Shown: piece by piece, positions 29,729-40,425 of the stretch
Numbering within the stretch: the stretch's first letter is position 1
Layout: each line of letters starts with the position of its first letter
Origin: a bacterium
GTDB taxonomy: Bacteria; Hinthialibacterota; Hinthialibacteria; Hinthialibacterales; Hinthialibacteraceae
DNA length: 64,000 nt
Direction: 5' to 3'
NCBI GenBank assembly: GCA_963662285.2
Contig: CAXXMV010000003.1
Location: forward strand, 192,001 to 256,000
Notes under the pieces: generated by a model
What the model was told of the DNA's origin: nothing
The model's database searches: none
Seen by the model: only the letters and a program-made list of their open reading frames with translations
Position numbers and translations under genes: made by a program

Positions 29729-31369
29729 ATGAAACGTTATATAACTCTGTCCAGTATTCTTTTGATTAGTCTATTATTTATTCATGCTGCGAGAGCGCAG
29801 AATATCAATACAACAGAAAATTTCCCCGATCCCAATTTCAAATCTTATGTGGAAGAATTCATGGGAGTCGCTCCTGGCGGAGAATTCACCGCAACAGAAG
29901 CGGCGGCAAAAACAGATATATTTGATTGCAGCGGGAGAAAAATCAAGAGTGTTGAGGGATTGCATTATTTTCCAAATATCACGAGATTGGTTTGTTATAA
30001 CAACTATCTGACCATTTTAGACGTATCAAACTTCAAGGCTTTGCAAGTGATTTCTTGTGGTCAAAACCAAATCAAAAACTTGGATGTAACCCATAATACG
30101 GATTTGTATGCTCTAAGTTGCTCTGATAACCAATTAGCGGAATTAGATGTATCGTGCAACGCAGTTCTAGAACATTTAAGTTGTAGTGGTAACCAAATAA
30201 CTGATCTGAATCTATCATCAAAACCAAATATGACGGAATTAAGGTGTGGGAATAATCTATTAACAGAGCTGGATTTATCATCCAATACGTCTTTGATGAG
30301 ATTGCATTGTGAGGATAACCAATTATCAGAACTGGATTTATCATCCAACTTAGATTTATTTTTGATATTATGCGATGATAACAATTTAACTGAACTAGAC
30401 ATCGAATCCAACACTGCTTTGCGAGACTTTAGTTGTAACAACAACCAGTTAACAAAATTGAATTTAACCAATTCGAGTTTGATAATATTGTTTTGTAACT
30501 TTAACCAGTTGACAGAATTAGACATATCATCCAACAAATCTTTACGCTGTTTGGAATGCTCTAGTAATAAATTAACCAACTTAAATCTATCATCCAACAG
30601 ATTTTTGTTTCGTGTTTGTTGTGATAACAACCAGTTGGCGGAATTGGATTTTTCGGGCAACAGGTCTTTGACTTGGTTGAATTGCGGTAACAACCCTTTA
30701 TCCATCCTGAATGTATCGTCCAACAGGATATTGGAACGCTTTTACTGTGATAACAACCATTTATCGATCCTGGATGTATCTAATAAAAAGAACTTGGAAT
30801 ATTTTGATTGTAGTAATAACCAATTAAGCAATATGGATATATCGTCCAACAAGGCTTTGTATGAACTTAATTGTATTAATAATAAATTAACCGAACTCGA
30901 TGCATCGTCTAATCCTGCTTTGGTAAATTTGCGATGTAGCGGTAATCAGTTAACAGAATTGGATTTGTCTGCTAATACGTCATTGGCCTGGTTGTATTGC
31001 AGTAACAACCAGTTAACCGAATTGGATTTATCAACAAATACCGATTTAGTCTGGTTTCAATGCAATGACAATAAGTTAAAGGAACTTGATCTATTAAATA
31101 ATACAAGAATAAATGAAATGGATTGTCATAATAACCAAATTCAAGATATATCAAGTATGGTTTCGTTAAGTCATCTAGCAACTGCAAATGTAATGTATAA
31201 CAACCTCGATTATGACGATTGGCCTGATGTGAAATCTATGATTGAGCATTTGGGTAAACCTGTTTTCTCAGAAGATAAGCTGATACGCGGTTTTGCTTAT
31301 TCTCCTCAAAACAATTTTGATCCCTATAACTTTAATACAAGTATAAAAGACTGGATGTTACACTACTAA
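29729..31369 (+). CDS. Secreted leucine-rich-repeat protein (internalin-J-like, 21-aa Cys-containing repeats)
   Basis: Signal peptide ARA-Q; NFPDPNF cap; about 19 repeats of LxxLxCxxNQLTELDLSxN; C-terminus TSIKDWMLHY. Confidence 0.9.
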   Translation: MKRYITLSSILLISLLFIHAARAQNINTTENFPDPNFKSYVEEFMGVAPGGEFTATEAAAKTDIFDCSGRKIKSVEGLHYFPNITRLVCYNNYLTILDVSNFKALQVISCGQNQIKNLDVTHNTDLYALSCSDNQLAELDVSCNAVLEHLSCSGNQITDLNLSSKPNMTELRCGNNLLTELDLSSNTSLMRLHCEDNQLSELDLSSNLDLFLILCDDNNLTELDIESNTALRDFSCNNNQLTKLNLTNSSLIILFCNFNQLTELDISSNKSLRCLECSSNKLTNLNLSSNRFLFRVCCDNNQLAELDFSGNRSLTWLNCGNNPLSILNVSSNRILERFYCDNNHLSILDVSNKKNLEYFDCSNNQLSNMDISSNKALYELNCINNKLTELDASSNPALVNLRCSGNQLTELDLSANTSLAWLYCSNNQLTELDLSTNTDLVWFQCNDNKLKELDLLNNTRINEMDCHNNQIQDISSMVSLSHLATANVMYNNLDYDDWPDVKSMIEHLGKPVFSEDKLIRGFAYSPQNNFDPYNFNTSIKDWMLHY

Positions 31370-31527
31370 AATGGTTTATAATAATCTCGATATCCCTTAA
31401 CGGAACATTTGTACAACTCTGTAACTCAATTTCAACGATAATATGAATAATCATGATATAGGATTTTGCATTTAGATGGATTAGTAAGACTGTTTCATCA
31501 TCTAAAACTGGTTAGAAAGTTAAGCGC

Positions 31528-34500
31528 ATGTCATTGCCTACGTCATTCTTCAATTGGTTAAGAAGAGATGCGAAATTCATAGGCTTAAATGCCATCGGAA
31601 TTATTCTGTATGGTTTTCTGTTAATTCATTTTGATCGATCAATAGATCTTCCTTTCCTTAATATGGAGGACTTTCTAATCTTTATATGCATCCCAGTTAT
31701 ATATTCCATCTTTTTCTACTCTCGCATAACTTTTCTTTTTATGTTGCTAATCACATTCCTTTCATTGTCTTGGATTATCTTTTTCATCGATTATAAAAAT
31801 TATTATCAATCGTTCCAAACAATTGTGATTTTTGCAGGAATGATTCTCTGCGTTAGAGAGATTATACATCACATATTAATCAAGCGTGAACATACCGAAG
31901 AAGCATTACGGGAGAGTGAGGGACGCTATCGGACGGTTGTGGATCATACTGATGATTTTGTTTGGCAGATTGACATTAATGGATCTATTAAATTCGCTAG
32001 TGTCGCAGTTAAACATATGTACGGTTATGATCCAAACGAATTGCTTGGAAAACCATTTCATATTCTACTCAATGATGAATCCGCCCAAAAGGCTATAGAA
32101 AGTCTCGATCAACGCAAGAGGGGTGAGTTTGGAAACCGCAGTATCATATTGGAACTCAATCATCGCCGCAAAGACGGAACTGAATTTATCGCTGAAGTCC
32201 GCTCTCAACCTATTACGGACGCTGATGGAAATATTACCGAGATTGTTGGTATTACCCGTGATATCACCAATCGTATTCTGGCTGAGAAATCATTGCGTGA
32301 AAGCGAGGACAGGTTCCGCAGTCTGTTTGAGCAAGCCCCGCTTGGATACCAATCACTAGATATCAATGGTAACTTTATTGAACTCAATGAGTCGTGGTGT
32401 AAGTTGCTTGGATACGCCAAGGAAGAAGTAATCGGCAGGAACTTTTCCGACTTCCTCCATCCAGACTTCCGGGAAGTTTTTTTAGAGAATTTCCCAAAAT
32501 TCAGGAGTATTGGTTACATACTGGGCATTGAATTCGAGATGATTAAAAAAGATGGCTCGGAGATTATCGTTTCTTTCGATGGTAAGATCGGGCGCAACAA
32601 TGATGGTTCGTTCAAACAAACCCATTGCGTGTTAAGTGATATCACCAATCGTAAATTGGCCGAGGACGCCCTGCATAATTCCGAGGCTCTCTATTCTTCA
32701 TTGGTTGAACACCTGCCCCAAAATATCTTCCGCAAAGACGTAGATGGAAAATTCACATTTGTGAACGGCAACTTTTGTGAAACAGTTGGTAAATCTCAGA
32801 ATGAAATTATCGGTATGACGGACTATGATCTATTTCCAGCTGAGTTGGCTAAGAAATTTCAGGATGATGATAAAAGGGTTATGGCAACAGGCCAATTGTT
32901 CGAAACGGTCGAAGAGAACATATCACGACGTGGAGAAAAAAGATACGTTCAAGTTCTTAAGACGCAGTTAAGAGATTTGGATGGAAAAACAATTGGTATA
33001 CAAGGTATTTTTTGGGATGTCACCGGGCAGAAAAATACGGAAGAGTTGATAAAAAAAGAAAGAGATAGAGCTCAACAGTATCTCGATCTTGCAGGAGCGA
33101 TGTTCGTGTCGCTTGATGCACAAGGTAGAGTTGAACTTGTTAATCAAAATACCTTAAAAATCCTGGAGTATTCCAAGGATGAAATTATTGGTAAGAATTG
33201 GTTCGATAACTTTTTGCCTGAAAAATTGAGGTTGGAGGTTAAAGAATATTTTGACCAAATAATGAGAGATGAAGTTGATCTGGTTGAATTTCATGAAAAT
33301 CCAATATTAACCAAAAATGGAGTAGAAAAGATTATCGCATGGCACAATACTTTTTTAAGAGATGAACAAAACCGTATCATTGGCATCCTTTCTTCTGGAG
33401 AAGACATCACCGAGCGCAAACGCGCCGAGGAAGAATTATTGAAAGCCCGTAAACTTGAATCCATTGGAATTCTCGCCGGGGGAATCGCTCATGATTTTAA
33501 TAATCTTCTAATGGCCATCATTGGGAACATTTCTTTAGCAAAAACACTATCCGATTCTCCAGATGATGTTGCAGAATGTTTAAGTGAAGTGGAAAAAGCT
33601 TCTAAACGAGCGCAAAATCTTACTCAACAGCTGCTTACTTTCTCCAAAGGCGGAGCGCCAATAAAAGAAAATGCAAATGTTTTTGACCTCGTTAAAGAAA
33701 CAACCACATTTTCCTTGCGCGGTTCGAATAGTTCTTGCACCTTTGATTTTCCAGAAAATCTCTGGAAAGTGGATGTTGATAAAGGGCAGTTTAGCCAGGT
33801 TATTCAAAACCTGGTGATTAATGCAGATCAAGCTATGCCAGAAGGTGGAACCATCGAAATTAAGAGTGAAAATATTACTTTTTCAAATAATGGCGCTAAT
33901 AACGACTCAATCCTCCCTGAAGGAGATTATATTAAACTCTCTATTAAAGACCGGGGTATTGGCATTTCAGAAGAATACCTTCAAAAAATATTCGATCCCT
34001 ATTTCTCTACCAAGCGACAAGGCAGCGGATTGGGATTAGCCACAACCTATTCCATCATGAAAAATCATGATGGACATATAACAGTAGAATCTCAAATCAG
34101 TACAGGAACCACGTTCACTCTCTATCTCCCACGTTCTTCCAAAGAGAGCATTACTACTCAAGAAACTGACCATGATAAATTAGAAACTGGCCAAGGTAGA
34201 ATCCTCGTCATGGATGATGAAGCAACAATCAGGAAAATCGTAGGCCGGTTACTCGAGAACATAGGTTATCAAGTTGATTATGCAGAGCACGGAGCTGAGG
34301 CTATTGATAAATACCAAAAATCGATGGCATCAAATGAACCTTTTGATGCACTCATAATGGATTTGACGATTCCTGGAGGCATGGGCGGCAAGGAAGCCAT
34401 CCTCAAACTATTGGAAATCGATCCGCAAGTCAAAGCCATTGTATCAAGCGGCTATTCAGGTGATCCTGTAATGGCGGATTATAAAAAATATGGTTTTACT

Positions 34501-34563
34501 GGAGTAATAAGCAAGCCGTACAAACTTGAAGAATTAGGAAAAGCATTGCAGCGCATTTTTTAG
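31528..34563 (+). CDS. Membrane-bound multi-PAS hybrid sensor histidine kinase/response regulator (CckA-like core)
   Basis: N-terminal TM segments, four PAS/PAC units (e.g. ITRDITNR, GEDITERK), H-box GIAHDFNN, N-box QNLVINA, G boxes DRGIGI and GSGLGL, receiver ILVMDD...MDLTIP...SKP. Confidence 0.92.
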   Translation: MSLPTSFFNWLRRDAKFIGLNAIGIILYGFLLIHFDRSIDLPFLNMEDFLIFICIPVIYSIFFYSRITFLFMLLITFLSLSWIIFFIDYKNYYQSFQTIVIFAGMILCVREIIHHILIKREHTEEALRESEGRYRTVVDHTDDFVWQIDINGSIKFASVAVKHMYGYDPNELLGKPFHILLNDESAQKAIESLDQRKRGEFGNRSIILELNHRRKDGTEFIAEVRSQPITDADGNITEIVGITRDITNRILAEKSLRESEDRFRSLFEQAPLGYQSLDINGNFIELNESWCKLLGYAKEEVIGRNFSDFLHPDFREVFLENFPKFRSIGYILGIEFEMIKKDGSEIIVSFDGKIGRNNDGSFKQTHCVLSDITNRKLAEDALHNSEALYSSLVEHLPQNIFRKDVDGKFTFVNGNFCETVGKSQNEIIGMTDYDLFPAELAKKFQDDDKRVMATGQLFETVEENISRRGEKRYVQVLKTQLRDLDGKTIGIQGIFWDVTGQKNTEELIKKERDRAQQYLDLAGAMFVSLDAQGRVELVNQNTLKILEYSKDEIIGKNWFDNFLPEKLRLEVKEYFDQIMRDEVDLVEFHENPILTKNGVEKIIAWHNTFLRDEQNRIIGILSSGEDITERKRAEEELLKARKLESIGILAGGIAHDFNNLLMAIIGNISLAKTLSDSPDDVAECLSEVEKASKRAQNLTQQLLTFSKGGAPIKENANVFDLVKETTTFSLRGSNSSCTFDFPENLWKVDVDKGQFSQVIQNLVINADQAMPEGGTIEIKSENITFSNNGANNDSILPEGDYIKLSIKDRGIGISEEYLQKIFDPYFSTKRQGSGLGLATTYSIMKNHDGHITVESQISTGTTFTLYLPRSSKESITTQETDHDKLETGQGRILVMDDEATIRKIVGRLLENIGYQVDYAEHGAEAIDKYQKSMASNEPFDALIMDLTIPGGMGGKEAILKLLEIDPQVKAIVSSGYSGDPVMADYKKYGFTGVISKPYKLEELGKALQRIF

Positions 34564-34740
34564 TTATGATTTTATGAGTATAACCTGATTTCCATCAGGA
34601 ATATAAAATGTTTGTGTATCTTACCTGAGTTAAGAATATGTAACGCCAATCACCCTCAAAACAATGATCTACTGCTTTATATTAAGATGAAAATAAAGTT
34701 AAATAGAATTATCGCATGATTGTATTATATTGGATATAAA

Positions 34741-36282
34741 ATGAATTTGAAACAAAAGAAAATAGGAAGAGTAATATTGGTTGGCGCCGGGCCTGGCGAT
34801 CCCGGATTGATCACGGTTCGGGGACGTGACGCAATCAAGCGCGCCGATGTGGTAGTATTCGATCATTTGGTATGCAAAGAACTGGTGGATATCGCTCCGG
34901 CCCACGCCAAACATATATACGTCGGCAAAAAAGTAGGCAAGCATACTTTAAAACAGGAAGAGATCAATGAACTGCTGGTTCGTGAAGCACGTCTAGGCCA
35001 TGACGTTGTTCGCCTTAAAGGAGGCGATCCTTTCATATTTGGCCGTGGAGCGGAAGAATGCCAACTATTGAGAGCCAACGGGATTCAGTTCGAGATCGTT
35101 CCGGGGGTTTCAGCCGTAGCGGCGGTTCCAGCCTACGCCGGGATTCCCATAACTTGCCGGGATTACAGTACTTCGTTTATCGCCGTTACCGGACACGAAC
35201 ATGCCTGCAAAGAAGAATCTGACGTCGATTGGGCCTCTATAGCAAGAGTTAACAGTACCCTGGTCATTTTCATGGGCGTCTTGAATATCGGATGCATTAC
35301 CAATAAATTAATAGAAAATGGTAAATCTCCCGAAACTCCAACCGCCGTCATCCGCTGGGGAACTTATTCTCATCAAAAAACCATCATCGGCAGTTTAAGT
35401 ACAATTGCAGATCAAGTGCAACGCGCCAACCTGCGTCCGCCGGGACTGATTGTAATTGGCGAAGTTGTCCGCTTTCGTGAATCTCTCAACTGGTTTGAGA
35501 CGCGGCCTCTGTTTGGCAAGACTATAGCCGTTCCTAGAGCGCGATCTCAGGCGTCACGGCTCAGCCAGTCATTGATCGGAATGGGCGCCAATGTAATTGA
35601 AATTCCCGCCGCAAGACATGAACCGATTCAAGCCGCCAATCCACTGGGAGAAATCCTACACGAAATCCGTGATTATGATTGGATCGTTTTCACAGATGAT
35701 CAAAGCGTCCATTCTTTCTTCGATTCAATGAACCAAAAAGGGTATGACACGCGCAGCCTGGCTAACTGCCGTATAGGCGCCATTGGCGATGAAACTATCA
35801 GCGCCTTGAGTGAACATGGCGTTAAACCAGATTTTATTCCTACCCGTTTCTGTTCCGCCCATGTCGTCGAAGAATTATCCAGCCAATTTCCTTTAGACAA
35901 AGTAAGAATATTGATCCCCTGTCAGGATGAAATTCATGAAGGCCTATCACAATCGCTGCAAAATGCTGGAGCAATTGTTAAAAATGCTGTAATCTTCTCT
36001 GATTATGACAATGCAACTGAAGAGTTCCTGCTTAATGGCCAACGTCTAGACCTGGTAGCCTTTACCTGTTCAACCACGGTTCACAATTTTATTAACCGGA
36101 TTGGAATCAATGAAGCGAAGCGTATTGCGGGGAATACCGTATTCGCTTCTATTGGACCGTTGACCTCATCTGCATTGCATGAATATGGATTTGAAGTAAA
36201 GGTTCAACCACAGCAATCTGATATCCAATCTTTAACCAATGCAATAGCCGTACACTGCCAGGATGATTCAGAAAAAGATTGA
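34741..36282 (+). CDS. cobA: Uroporphyrinogen-III C-methyltransferase / uroporphyrinogen-III synthase fusion (CobA/HemD)
   Basis: LVGAGPGDPGLIT, VRLKGGDPFIFGRG, VPGVSA, NWFETRPLFGK junction, then a HemD-like domain (YDWIVFT, AFTCSTTV, ASIGPLT). ATG 34741 preferred over track start 34720. Confidence 0.9.
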   Translation: MNLKQKKIGRVILVGAGPGDPGLITVRGRDAIKRADVVVFDHLVCKELVDIAPAHAKHIYVGKKVGKHTLKQEEINELLVREARLGHDVVRLKGGDPFIFGRGAEECQLLRANGIQFEIVPGVSAVAAVPAYAGIPITCRDYSTSFIAVTGHEHACKEESDVDWASIARVNSTLVIFMGVLNIGCITNKLIENGKSPETPTAVIRWGTYSHQKTIIGSLSTIADQVQRANLRPPGLIVIGEVVRFRESLNWFETRPLFGKTIAVPRARSQASRLSQSLIGMGANVIEIPAARHEPIQAANPLGEILHEIRDYDWIVFTDDQSVHSFFDSMNQKGYDTRSLANCRIGAIGDETISALSEHGVKPDFIPTRFCSAHVVEELSSQFPLDKVRILIPCQDEIHEGLSQSLQNAGAIVKNAVIFSDYDNATEEFLLNGQRLDLVAFTCSTTVHNFINRIGINEAKRIAGNTVFASIGPLTSSALHEYGFEVKVQPQQSDIQSLTNAIAVHCQDDSEKD

Positions 36283-36328
36283 AGGTAGTATTCATAAGTC
36301 TATAAATATGAGTAAATAAAATGGAGTA

Positions 36329-36360
36329 GGCGCCTAGGGAATTATCCTTTCTGCCCTTGA
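36329..36360 (+). repeat. Degenerate family-B palindrome
   Basis: GGCGCCTAGGGAA...CTGCCCTTGA resembles GGGYGCCAAGGGCA...GCCCTTGA. Confidence 0.5.
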
Positions 36361-36408
36361 CTCACATCCTTGGAGAAACGATATAACTTTACTGTTTTTT
36401 TATAGAAT

Positions 36409-36436
36409 AAAGGGCGCATTAAATGCGCCCTTTTTA
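36409..36436. terminator. Bidirectional intrinsic terminator between convergent cobA/hemD and nfnAB
   Basis: AAAGGGCGCAT-taa-ATGCGCCCTTT followed by more T. Confidence 0.8.
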
Positions 36437-36466
36437 GTCCATTTAATTTACTGAATACAACTAATT

Positions 36467-38803
36467 CTACCATACGCCAGTAGTCAGATATTCATGCATT
36501 GATTTGGCTGCAATGCGTCCTTGTCCCATAGCTAGAATAACCGTTGAACCGCCAGTGATGGCGTCTCCACCAGCGAAGACGGATTCTTTAGTGGTTTTTC
36601 CTGTTGCCGGTTCGGCGATAATAACTCCCCATTTGTTGAGATTAAGGCCTTCTGTCGTTCGAGGGATCAGTGGATTAATACCAAAACCAAGAGCCGAGAT
36701 AACTGTTTCTGTTGGAATAATATATTCGGAACCTTTTATGGGAACAGGACGGCGGCGTCCGGAATCATCCGGTTCTCCTAGTTCCATCTTGATGCATTTC
36801 ATCGCTTTAACCCAGCCATCATCCGTACCGATCAATTCAACCGGAGCGGTCAGGAATTGGAAATTAACCCCTTCCTGCTGAGCGTGTTCGATCTCTTCAT
36901 CACGCGCAGGGGCCTCTTTGAGCGTACGCCGGTAAATGATATTTACGTCATCGGCGCCCATTCTAACGCTGACCCGCGCGGCATCCATAGCCGTGTTTCC
37001 CGCGCCGATGATCGCCGCAGTTTTGCCGACGGTGACCGGAGTGCTGTATTCGGGGAACCGGTCGGCGTGCATCAGGTTTATGCGGGTCAGAAACTCATTG
37101 GCTGTATAAACGCCTTTGAGGTTCTCGCCGGGGATGTTCATCATACGGGGTAATCCGGCGCCGGAACCCAGGAAGACGGCGTCGAAGCCTTCTTTCTCCA
37201 AGAAATCATCAACCGTCTTGGATTTCCCGATCAAAGCGTTGGTATAGAATTTAACCCCTTTTTTGCTAAGACCCTCGATCTCTTTATCCACAATTTCATT
37301 GGGAAGGCGGAATTCAGGAATACCATAAATGAGCACGCCGCCTAAGCGGTGCAGGGCTTCGAAGACATGAACCTCATGACCTTTGTTGATCAAGTCTCCC
37401 GCTACGGTAAGTCCTGATGGACCAGAACCTATGATAGCTACTTTTTTACCCGTAGGTTCAGGTTTCGTCCACTCAAATTCGCCGCCATTTAAGTTTTCAT
37501 AGTCGGCCACAAAGCGTTCCAGGCGACCGATTGCGACTGATTCACCCTTTTTATTCAGGATGCATTGGATTTCGCATTGCGTCTCCTGAGGGCATACCCG
37601 TCCGCATACGGCTGGTAAGACATTGGTCTCTTTAATAACTTTAGCTGCTTCCAGGAATTTGCCTTCCCTTACCAGGCCGATGAAACGTGGGATATCCACA
37701 AATACAGGACATCCATCAATGCACTTAGGTTTTTTGCAAATCAAGCAACGGTTGGCTTCTGCGATAGCTAGTTCTTCGGTCAATCCCAGCGCCACTTCTT
37801 TGAAATTCTTGTTACGGACATTCGCTTCTTGCTCAGGCATAACCTGTCGAGGAATTTTCATCCTATCCTTGGCTTTAAGGTCAGGATTACTAAAGTCAAT
37901 ATTTTCAGGATTTTTAGCTTCCCAGAATTTCTCTATTGTTTCAATATCACTATTATAAAGGCACGCCGGTGAGTGCTCCTCTTCACCTCTATGAATGGCA
38001 TAGGCTAATTTCTCTTCATTGGCATACCATTTCTGACGGTTCATCAGTTCATCAAAATCAACATTATGACCGTCAAAATCAGGACCGTCGCAGCAGGCGA
38101 ATTTGGAATCGCCGTTGACGCTTACCCGGCAGCCGCCGCACATGCCCGTACCATCAACCATAAGCGCATTCAGAGAGACCGTGCATCCGATGTTAAGCGA
38201 TTTGGTCATCTTGCTCGCCGCTGACATCATGGGAACCGGACCAATGGCGAAGGTATGGTCTACTACAGTCCCTTCATCAAGGATGTCTTGCAGTACATTT
38301 GTAACGAATCCTTCTCTACCATACGAACCATCGTTGGTTGAGATGCGAACTTCGTCACAAGCGTTCTTCATTAAGTCTTCCAGAAGAATAAGCGACTTGT
38401 CGCGGGCGCCGATCACTCCGATTACTTTATTCCCATTGTCACGCAGTTGTTGGCAGATGGGAATCAACGCGGCAACGCCATATCCACCGCCCATACATAC
38501 TACTGTTCCGTATTTTTGCACCGGGCTAGGTTCACCCAGAGGACCAATGATGCTAAAAAAGGAGTCTCCCACATTCATTGAGCAGATTTCGTTGGTGGTC
38601 TTGCCAATCGCTTGAATAACGAAATAAAGACTGTCATTTTCATGATTGGAACCTGCAAGCGAGATGGGGATGCGCTCGGATTTATCATGAGGACAGATAA
38701 TCATAAATTGACCAGCTTTTCGTGCATGACAAACAAGCGGCGCTTTGGCTTCAAACCAAAATGTGTTGGGGGCTAATTCTCTTTTCTCAAGAATCTCAAA
38801 CAT
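36467..38803 (-). CDS. nfnAB: Fused NfnA-NfnB (PyrK-like FAD/NAD/2Fe-2S domain plus GltD-like domain); likely electron-bifurcating NADH-dependent reduced-ferredoxin:NADP oxidoreductase
   Basis: N-half: ERIPIS, GPLG, GGGYG, MVDGTGMCGGCRV, CCDGPDF. C-half: EANRCLICKKPKCIDGCPV, CGRVCPQETQCE, IGSGPSGL, YGIPEFRLP, GAGNTAMD, FAGGDAITG. AGGAG RBS. Confidence 0.85.
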   Translation of the reverse strand: MFEILEKRELAPNTFWFEAKAPLVCHARKAGQFMIICPHDKSERIPISLAGSNHENDSLYFVIQAIGKTTNEICSMNVGDSFFSIIGPLGEPSPVQKYGTVVCMGGGYGVAALIPICQQLRDNGNKVIGVIGARDKSLILLEDLMKNACDEVRISTNDGSYGREGFVTNVLQDILDEGTVVDHTFAIGPVPMMSAASKMTKSLNIGCTVSLNALMVDGTGMCGGCRVSVNGDSKFACCDGPDFDGHNVDFDELMNRQKWYANEEKLAYAIHRGEEEHSPACLYNSDIETIEKFWEAKNPENIDFSNPDLKAKDRMKIPRQVMPEQEANVRNKNFKEVALGLTEELAIAEANRCLICKKPKCIDGCPVFVDIPRFIGLVREGKFLEAAKVIKETNVLPAVCGRVCPQETQCEIQCILNKKGESVAIGRLERFVADYENLNGGEFEWTKPEPTGKKVAIIGSGPSGLTVAGDLINKGHEVHVFEALHRLGGVLIYGIPEFRLPNEIVDKEIEGLSKKGVKFYTNALIGKSKTVDDFLEKEGFDAVFLGSGAGLPRMMNIPGENLKGVYTANEFLTRINLMHADRFPEYSTPVTVGKTAAIIGAGNTAMDAARVSVRMGADDVNIIYRRTLKEAPARDEEIEHAQQEGVNFQFLTAPVELIGTDDGWVKAMKCIKMELGEPDDSGRRRPVPIKGSEYIIPTETVISALGFGINPLIPRTTEGLNLNKWGVIIAEPATGKTTKESVFAGGDAITGGSTVILAMGQGRIAAKSMHEYLTTGVW

Positions 38804-39114
38804 AGATGTCTGCTCCTTTTTCCCTGTGTAGAAAAATATTTAAAAATTCATTTATTATAATGAATGAATTATCGGATATATCTAGGTTATAAAAACGAAT
38901 ATAACGGCGAGAGTCAATAGTTACGGTGTATCGGATTAATCAAAAAGTTGTTTCAGAGAGGTTCTCAAGATTATGTTCGTTTATAATTACCTACATTATA
39001 AACCAACATAATCTATTTTACGAGGTTTTTTTAATGAAAATATTACAATATTATCAGATTTATAGACCAGTACTCTATTCAAACTTTAATCTAAGAACCA
39101 CCCGCTAAAAACCC

Positions 39115-39140
39115 GTAGGGGCAATCCCTCGTGGTTGCCC
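39115..39140 (+). repeat. GTAG-type REP-like palindrome (family D)
   Basis: GTAGGGGCAATCCCTCGTGGTTGCCC; related to 47972, 57961 and the degenerate copy at 53874. Confidence 0.75.
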
Positions 39141-39277
39141 TATCTGGTGTAACTACTTTAGATTTAGCAAAAATCTCATTCTACAATTTATTGAGCGTTG
39201 CAGGTCAAGACAGCAGCGCTCAATTTTGCTATCATAAAAAAACACACCATAAATATCCTTAACCTTGGGGAACCTTC

Positions 39278-40423
39278 ATGTTCTTTAAACTCGTCTTAAA
39301 CCAGGCAAGGCATAAATGGGGCATTAACCTCATGATTTTCCTTGCTTTGACAACCGTCGTGTCGCTTTATGTCTACTTAAAAAATACCAGTCAATTCGCT
39401 AACCGTTCCATGCAATTGATTATGAAAAACATGGGACACAATCTCTTATTGCTTCCCGATGAAGCCAATCCTTACGATACATATCTCTGCACTGAACAAC
39501 AGATCCTCTTTTCTGATAACATAACCCGCGAACTCGCCAAACACACTCATTTAGCTTCGCGATATTATGTTTCAATGCTGCAAAAAAGAATAACCTTAGA
39601 TAATCATGAATTAATATTAACCGGAATTGAACCGGTCAAACGCAAAGATGAAACACGCGAAAAAGGAAACCTTCTCGCTCCAATCAAGCCCGGTTTTATT
39701 CGTTTAGGAAGCACGGCTGCAAAGCAATTAAAGCTAACAGGTGGAATGGAACTTGCCATCCATAACCGGAAATTCCAGGTTTCAGAGATACTGCAACCCA
39801 AAGGAACTATCGACGACTTTAGAATTTATGTAGAACTAAAAGAGAGCCAGGATATCTTTGAGCAACCGGGAAAGATAAACGCCATTTTGGCCTTTGCCTG
39901 CCTGCATGTTGGAAACCTGGAAGAGACCGAAGCCTTCCAAAAAGTGGAAATCCCCAAAATCGCTCCTGGTTTCAAACAAATCACCAAGACCGATATATTC
40001 CAGGGCCGCTATCTAGCCCGTATGACTACCCAGGGTTCTCTGAGATATCTGCTTATTATTGTGCTCAGCGTGGTTGTTTTGTTGATCGCTATAACTGGTT
40101 TCCAGGAGGTTGCCGAACGCCGCCGCGAGTTGGGAATTCTGGTCTCTATGGGCGCTAATTATTTATATATAACCTCTTTATATTTCGTAAAGATCGTAAT
40201 TATCGCCTTATGCGCTTCGGTGGCTGGTTTCCTGATAGGTTCGCAATTATCTATTTCACTCAATTCACCTTTATTGTTTGTCCACACTGCCCAGATGCGT
40301 ATCCTATGGAATCACTTACCCAACGTCATCTACCTGACATGCGCCATTGCGTTGGCCGCCGAATTGCTCCCCATCATTAAATTGGTGAGAATGGATCCCA
40401 CGGCAACTTTGATTGAGGACTAA
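39278..40423 (+). CDS. ABC transporter permease, FtsX/MacB type
   Basis: N-terminal TM, periplasmic domain, VAERRRELGILVSMGA, terminal RMDP motif. Confidence 0.85.
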   Translation: MFFKLVLNQARHKWGINLMIFLALTTVVSLYVYLKNTSQFANRSMQLIMKNMGHNLLLLPDEANPYDTYLCTEQQILFSDNITRELAKHTHLASRYYVSMLQKRITLDNHELILTGIEPVKRKDETREKGNLLAPIKPGFIRLGSTAAKQLKLTGGMELAIHNRKFQVSEILQPKGTIDDFRIYVELKESQDIFEQPGKINAILAFACLHVGNLEETEAFQKVEIPKIAPGFKQITKTDIFQGRYLARMTTQGSLRYLLIIVLSVVVLLIAITGFQEVAERRRELGILVSMGANYLYITSLYFVKIVIIALCASVAGFLIGSQLSISLNSPLLFVHTAQMRILWNHLPNVIYLTCAIALAAELLPIIKLVRMDPTATLIED

Positions 40424-40425
40424 AC

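Noticed and set aside
30061-30723. 220-aa antisense ORF
   Set aside because: It mirrors the LRR repeat codons on the opposite strand and has no independent motif.
36467-38803. Glutamate synthase annotation
   Set aside because: There is no large subunit nearby, and the N-terminal PyrK/NfnA-like domain indicates Nfn.
38846-38870. AT-rich palindrome upstream of nfnAB as a Rex site
   Set aside because: It does not match TTGTGAA-N4-TTCACAA and is low complexity.
38926-39108. 60-aa intergenic ORF
   Set aside because: AT-rich, GTG start without a clear RBS, no recognisable motif.
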